From contig CATNEN010000024.1 of the NCBI GenBank assembly GCA_950097015.1, forward strand, positions 6,262,001 to 6,326,000: 64,000 bases of DNA, in the 5' to 3' direction. Below, in pieces: positions 58,479-64,000 of the stretch. This DNA comes from Macrostomum hystrix. Lineage: Eukaryota > Animalia > Platyhelminthes. The notes below the pieces were generated by a model. That model searched no databases. It was given only the letters and a program-made list of their open reading frames with translations, and had not been told where the DNA came from. How positions within the stretch are numbered: the first letter of the stretch is position 1; each line of letters opens with the position of its first letter. The position numbers and the translations under genes are program-made.

Positions 58479-59169
58479 TACACACATATCTGAATAGACC
58501 TTAAACTCCACCCAAGGTGTCTAAAATGAGCTGTAGCATTACTAAAAGTCTAAAAAGACCTAAGCCCTTCTATAATTAACTGTAAAACATTAAAAGTTAT
58601 GTTACTCACGCGCATTGATTTGACACCCCAGATGACAGCTAGTCCTGAACAGATGAAGGGCACCGAGTCAATATCAATTCAAGCAAAGGTCATCGCGCCC
58701 AGACCTTAGCCTCCTGTCCAATGCGATCGATAAGCTTCGCAGGATAGATCGGACTCCGCAGCTTTTGCGACTTTTCAAGTAGCCAAAATCGATTCGGGTC
58801 AAAATGTGTCCGTCTGGGTCTCTGTCCAACTTCATAGTAATTCAAGCCAGGAGCAGAATCAATAAATTTACACCTCAGCAACGCCTATGATCGATTGATA
58901 TTACGCCATGCCTGTCCCAGCGTCACGTGCTCGACTATGAGTAGAGACGCGCTCTTTGGCTTCTGGACACAGAGTAAAAGTTCCCCAGTTCTTTTGCTTC
59001 TAATCACTGACCGTGGCGTGTCTAGAACTCTCTGCTTTTTAGATTCTAGGGTACCAAACCTATTGGCTTCTTCTGACATTCCTCACTGCAAATAAAATGC
59101 TTTGGTGTGCCCATTATGTGGACAAGTCACTGGTCTACATATCCTTCCACCTAAACTCTACCTGATCTC

Positions 59170-59575
59170 CTCAACCTCTCCTCTCCTCTCCTCTCCTCTC
59201 CTCTCCTCTCCTCTCCTCTCCTCTCCTCTCCTCTCCTCTCCCCTCCCCTCCTCTCCCCTCCTCTCCTCTCCTCTCCTCTCCTCTCCTCTCCTCTCCTCTA
59301 CTCTCCCCTCCTCTACTCTCCCCTCCTCCACCTCTCCTCCACCTCTCCTCTCCTCTCCTCTCCACTCCTCTCCTCTCCTCTCCTCTCCTCTCCACTCCTC
59401 TCCTCTCCTCTCCTCTCCTCTCCACTCCTCTCCTCTCCTCTCCTCTCCTCTCCACTCCTCTCCTCTCCTCTCCTCTCCTCTCCACTCCTCTCCTCTCCTC
59501 TCCTCTCCTCTCCTCTCCTCTCCTCTCCTCTCCTCTCCTCTCCTCTCCTCTCCTCTCCTCTCCTCTCCTCTCTCC
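59170..59575. repeat. (TCCTC)n microsatellite
   Basis: Pure pyrimidine pentamer run with regular ccact interruptions. Confidence 0.96.
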
Positions 59576-60541
59576 CCCTTCCTCCACCCCAACCCGTCTC
59601 TCTCCCTACCTTCACCCCTTCTCCCCCTTCCTCCACCTCTTCTTAAACTTAGTTTCTTGTCTACCTTCTCCTCCAGTCTGCCACATCTTCACTTTTTCTG
59701 CTCTCCTCGGGCTCGTCCTGATCTCTTCCTTATCAGTCTCGCTAATCTTCCTCCTGAGAAAGTTGCTTGTGTTTCTCCAGTGTGTCTGTGTCTCTCCGAT
59801 GCGGAATTTAAAGCAGCTCCATCCAATTAGATTTTCTTATTCGCAATTCCGCTTTCACTCTCCTCGGTTTGTGCACTGCAAAGTACTCGTAAATAAAATT
59901 CAAACAGTGGTCCATGCCGCATTCATTTTGCTCGGCATAATCTCATTGCATCCGAACACTGCGCATGTGAGGCGGGCGAAATACCCTAGAGACCTGGGAT
60001 AAACTTATCCCCTACCTATAGCCACCCCCGGGGGTTGGGCGCTGGTCCGAAGCGGGAAGTTTCTCCCTCCAGAATTGCCTGCTGTTCTACCAGACTCTCA
60101 GCACACACATATATGTATAAAGGCGCCCAGAATTGCGCACCTTCGTGTGTGTGGGATTGGGGGCATTTCGCGGCTCACCCGCCATCTCACCCTCCTCAGA
60201 GGCGGAGAGGCAGAGAGCGGCTTGGTGAAACAGAGGAAATGAACAGGGGTCCGTTGCCCTCTCCGACAGCCGTTGGCTGCCAGGAATTCCCACGCGTTTC
60301 TGCTCCCCTCTCTTGCCCGGCCTCTCTTTCTCTCTCATCCTCCTTTCTCCAATGGCCAGGGTGGGGACTGCTCACGAGAGCACTGATCTACGCACTGAAA
60401 TAGCTGTGGCGGCAGGCAGGACAGGACGCTGAGCAGATGCCGAACAATAACTAGAGAATAATAAATAGATTTCGGCCAGTCAATTGCACAATTCATTTCG
60501 AGTCAGCCACTACAGCACAAGTTGAACGAGGCAGTCCTTTG

Positions 60542-63470
60542 ATGTTTGCCGCCATGACAGCCGCCTCAGCCGCAGCGGCTGACAGCCCCGTCCAGGCCAG
60601 AGGCGTCAGCAGCGGTATTGAAGTGTGGCGCCTAGTACTAGTTGGCCGGCTCATTCTCAACACAGCCGCAATTGTGCTGAACCTGCTGGCCTGCCTGCTG
60701 CTGACCAAGCTGTGCCGCAGGCGGAAGGCACACACCGGCCTGCTGTCGCTGCTGTACCTGAGCTACGCCGAGCTCGCCCTGGCCGTCACCTCCCAGCTGT
60801 TCTCCGTGCTGTTCCTGGCCTCGCACGACAGCGAAGAGGAGCACGCCAAGACCAGCCCGATGGAGCACAACAAACTGATTGTGCTGGCTGCTCTAGCCAG
60901 CTCCGGCAGCTTCAAGCACGCCTCCCTGTTCCTCAGGCAGTGGTGGGTGGCCAGCCTGGCCCTGCTGCACTGTTTGGCGAGCGGGGCTCGCAGGTATCGC
61001 CGGCCAACGCTGGCTGCGCGCCTGTCTGGACGGGCCTTCCTGTCCCGGCTCTACCGCCTGCTGCTGTTTCTCGGCTGCAGCTTCGGCGCTGTCCGACTTG
61101 TGGCAGAGAAAATTCCCGAGTACTTTCGCGCCTACTACATCGCCGAAGAGCACCACGCTGTCATCCACCGGGTTCTCTACGCGCTGGAATTCCACGTGCC
61201 GCCGCTGCTGGCACTGCCCTCTTGCCTGGCGCTGGCCGCGCTGCTCTGGTTGAACCGGCGCGGGCGACCTCCGGCTGCCCCGATGCGCAACACCGTCGGC
61301 AGGAAGGCGCCGGCTGCGTCCAATGAAGCTGAACCTGTTGTCGAAGCTGAGGCTGTCGATGGCCCACAGCTGCTGGCAATGATGCAGCAGGATCATCATC
61401 ATCAGCAGCAGCAGCCGCAGCAACCGGTGCAAACAACCTGGTCGTGGAAGTGCTCGCAGGTTTGGAATGCTTTTCTTTCTTTTCCTTTTTAAAATACTTT
61501 TTAAAAATCGTAATCCGAAGTGACAAAATTGTCACTCCTCTTCTCTCCTCTCCTCTCCTCTCCTCTCCTCTCCTCTCCTCTCCTCTCCTCTCCTCCCCTC
61601 TCCTCTCCTCTCCTCTCCTCTCCTCTCCTCTCCTCTCCTCTCCTCTCCTCTCCTCTCCTCTCCTCTCCTCTCCTCTCCTCTCCTCTCCTCTCCTCTCCTC
61701 TCCTCTCCTCTCCTCTCCTCTCCTCTCCTCTCCTCTCCTCTCCTCTCCTCACCTCTCCTCTCCTCTCCTCTCCTCTCCTCTCCTCTCCTCTCCTCTCCTC
61801 TCCTCTCCTCTCCTCTCCTCTCCTCTCCTCACCTCTCCTCTCCTCTCCTCTCCTCTCCTCTCCTCTCCTCTCCTCTCCTCTCCTCTCCTCTCCTCTCCTC
61901 TCCTCTCCTCTCCTCTCCTCTCCTCTCCTCTCCTCTCCTCTCCTCTCCTCTCCTCTCCTCTCCTCTCCCCTCCTCTCCTCTCCTCTCCTCACCTCTCCTC
62001 TCCTAATCTTCATTTACATTTAGAAAGATTTCAAGACTTAGAAAAAACATCAACCCGTCACAACAGCCAGACCCTCCCAATCTCCCTAGATCCTAGACTC
62101 ACTAGATTCGCCCTACATGTATCCAAATATCATTTGCCAAGTCCCAGACGGGGGTAGAAATCCTGTCAGTTCCGCCCAGGGTCTCCGAATTTTTTAACCA
62201 GCTACATTTGCCCTTCTTTCAAGAAGATTCCATGCAGTCTTGTTGAAAAATAGTTGTTTTTCGTGTTTTCTACAGCTTTTTCATCCGTTTTGTGAAAAAC
62301 TAAAAAACTAGATTTGGCAAAAAGTTACAAAAACGTAGAAGTAGAAGTAAAAAGTAGAGCAAAAACTGGTCAGCATTTCAGCTCAATGGCTGTAAACTAT
62401 AGTTCCTTTTGCGGTTAAGATATCCCCTCAACCAATTATGCCGATCCCATTGTCGAAACTACCAACGTTGCAACCGAATTCGATAATCCAAATATAAATC
62501 CGACAGTCCCTCTCAAATCAGATAATCCCTTTACTGATTCTGATAATCCCTTTTAAATTAGATAATCCCTTTACTGATTCTGATAATCCCTCTCAAATCA
62601 GATAATCCCTTTACTGATTCTGATAATCCCTCTTAAATCAGATAATCCCTTTACTGATTCTGATAATCCCTTTTAAATTAGATAATCCCTTTACTGATTC
62701 TGATAATCCCTCTTAAATCAGATAATCCCTTTACTGATTCTGATAATCCCTCTCAAATCAGATAATCCCTTTACTGATTCTGATAATCCCTCTCAAATCA
62801 GATAATCCCTTTACTGATTCTGATAATCCCTCTTTAATCAGATAATCCCTTTACTGATTCTGATAATCCCTCTTAAATCAGATAATCCCTTTACTGATTC
62901 TGATAATCCCTTTTAAATTAGATAATCCCTTTACTGATTCTGATAATCCCTCTTAAATCAGATAATCCCTTTACTGATTCTGATAATCCCTCTTAAATCA
63001 GATAATCCCTTTAATGATTCTGATAATCCCTCTCAAATCAGATAATCCCTTTACTGATTCTGATAATCCCTCTCAAATCAGACAACCCCAACACTGAGTC
63101 CGATATCTTTCACTGAATCCAATAATTCTCAATCCGCGGATTCTTTCATCCAAACGGCAATTTCTCCTCTGCATCCAATAATCCGCAGTTAATCCTAGCC
63201 ATCGGCCTCCTGTTCGTAGTCTGCCAGGGCCCGCTAATCTTCATGGATCGCGTGGACTCGGAGTCACTGTTGTACATCAACCTGCAGGACCTGGCCATCT
63301 CATTGTTCGGCTGCAGCCATTTCGCCGTGCTGTCCTGGGCCAGCGCCGCGTTCAGACAGAAGCTCAGCGTCATGTGCACCTGCACGGTCACGCAGGTGAC
63401 AGTCCAGCAGGCGGACACGGTACTTGATAGCTGCTGCCAGATGGTGGACGCGACCAGCGGGGCGGCTTGA
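60542..63470 (+). CDS. Divergent rhodopsin-like (class A, peptide-receptor-like) 7TM receptor, 399 aa
   Basis: join(60542..61459,63189..63470), phase 0. Five hydrophobic segments in exon 1 (TM1 ..IVLNLLAC.., TM5 ..EFHVPPLLA..). Exon 2 gives TM6 LILAIGLLFVVCQGP, TM7 and helix-8-like FRQKL. Confidence 0.72.
61536..62003. repeat. (TCCTC)n microsatellite (7TM gene intron)
   Basis: ~465 bp, nearly perfect. Confidence 0.96.
62505..63085. repeat. 40-bp minisatellite (two gataatccct half-units; 7TM gene intron)
   Basis: Unit gataatccctttactgattctgataatccctct(c/t)aaatca, ~14 copies. Confidence 0.95.
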
Positions 63471-63559
63471 ATTGCATTTGATGTCACGTGATCGATAACT
63501 TTAACGGCTTTTTTTCACGATTCGCCCAAGTCCTGATTCGCTGTGATCCTCACCGATTT

Positions 63560-64000
63560 GCAATAATCCCAATTTCTCCTAACCCCTATTCCTTTTAATC
63601 TCAGTCCTTCTGGTCCCTATTTCTCCTAATCCAATTTTCGCTATTTTCCCGATTTCTACTAATCCCATTTTCTCCTAATCCCAATTTCTCCTAACCCCAT
63701 TTCTCATAATCCCATTTTCCCCTAATCCCAATTTCTCCTAATCCCATTGTCTCCTTATCCCGATATCTCCTAATCCCTATTTATCCTAATCCCATTTTCT
63801 CCTAATCCCGAGTTCTCCTAATTCCATTGTCTCCTAATCCCTATTTCTCCTAATCCCTATTTCTTCTAAACCCATTTCTCCTAATTCTATTGTCTCCTAA
63901 TCCCTTTTTCTCCTAATCCCTTTTTCTCCTAATCCCTATTTCTCCTAATCCCGATTTCTCCTAATCCCAATTTCTCCTAATCCCATTTTCTCCTAATCCC
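63560..64000. repeat. Degenerate 16-17-bp minisatellite, truncated by the window end
   Basis: Unit tttctcctaatccc(t/c)a. Confidence 0.88.

Noticed and set aside
2269-62157. Long ORFs from repeats (e.g. 3918..4580, 29039..30136, 53305..55211, 56086..56836, 59102..59830, 61444..62157)
   Set aside because: They are open only because the units lack stops, occur in several frames and strands, and mostly lie in introns or between genes.

Overview
Eukaryotic animal genomic DNA, not prokaryotic. GC-rich exons with poly-Ala/Gln tracts sit between AT-rich introns filled with short-period minisatellites. This style resembles a Macrostomum-type flatworm genome, which is an inference from composition, not a database match. 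By manual GT-AG, phase-checked splicing I reconstructed 8 protein-coding genes: CPT1 (-, 9 exons, 769 aa), RdgB-alpha/PITPNM (+, 14 exons, ~1240 aa), an orphan (-, 3 exons, 459 aa), a myristoylation-motif ankyrin protein (+, 4 exons, ~500 aa), TRIM37 (+, 7 exons, 738 aa), WDR82 (+, 2 exons, 356 aa), a divergent ETS factor (-, at least 3 exons, at least 291 aa) and a divergent 7TM receptor (+, 2 exons, 399 aa). There are about 40 tandem arrays, nearly all with unrelated units, two tRNA-derived SINE families and a decayed non-LTR endonuclease fragment. I found no rRNA, functional tRNA or CRISPR array. Most long ORFs in the supplied track are translations of repeats. The best leads are an apparently intact lipase Ser-Asp-His set inside RdgB, the CPT1 catalytic His on a 26-nt microexon, a head-to-head orphan/ankyrin pair with opposing splice donors 59 nt apart and AP-1/CRE arrays around it, a pattern of one private minisatellite per intron, and arrays built from transcription-factor-site or non-B-DNA units. 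All coordinates were read by hand and may be off by a few bases, especially at repeat edges.
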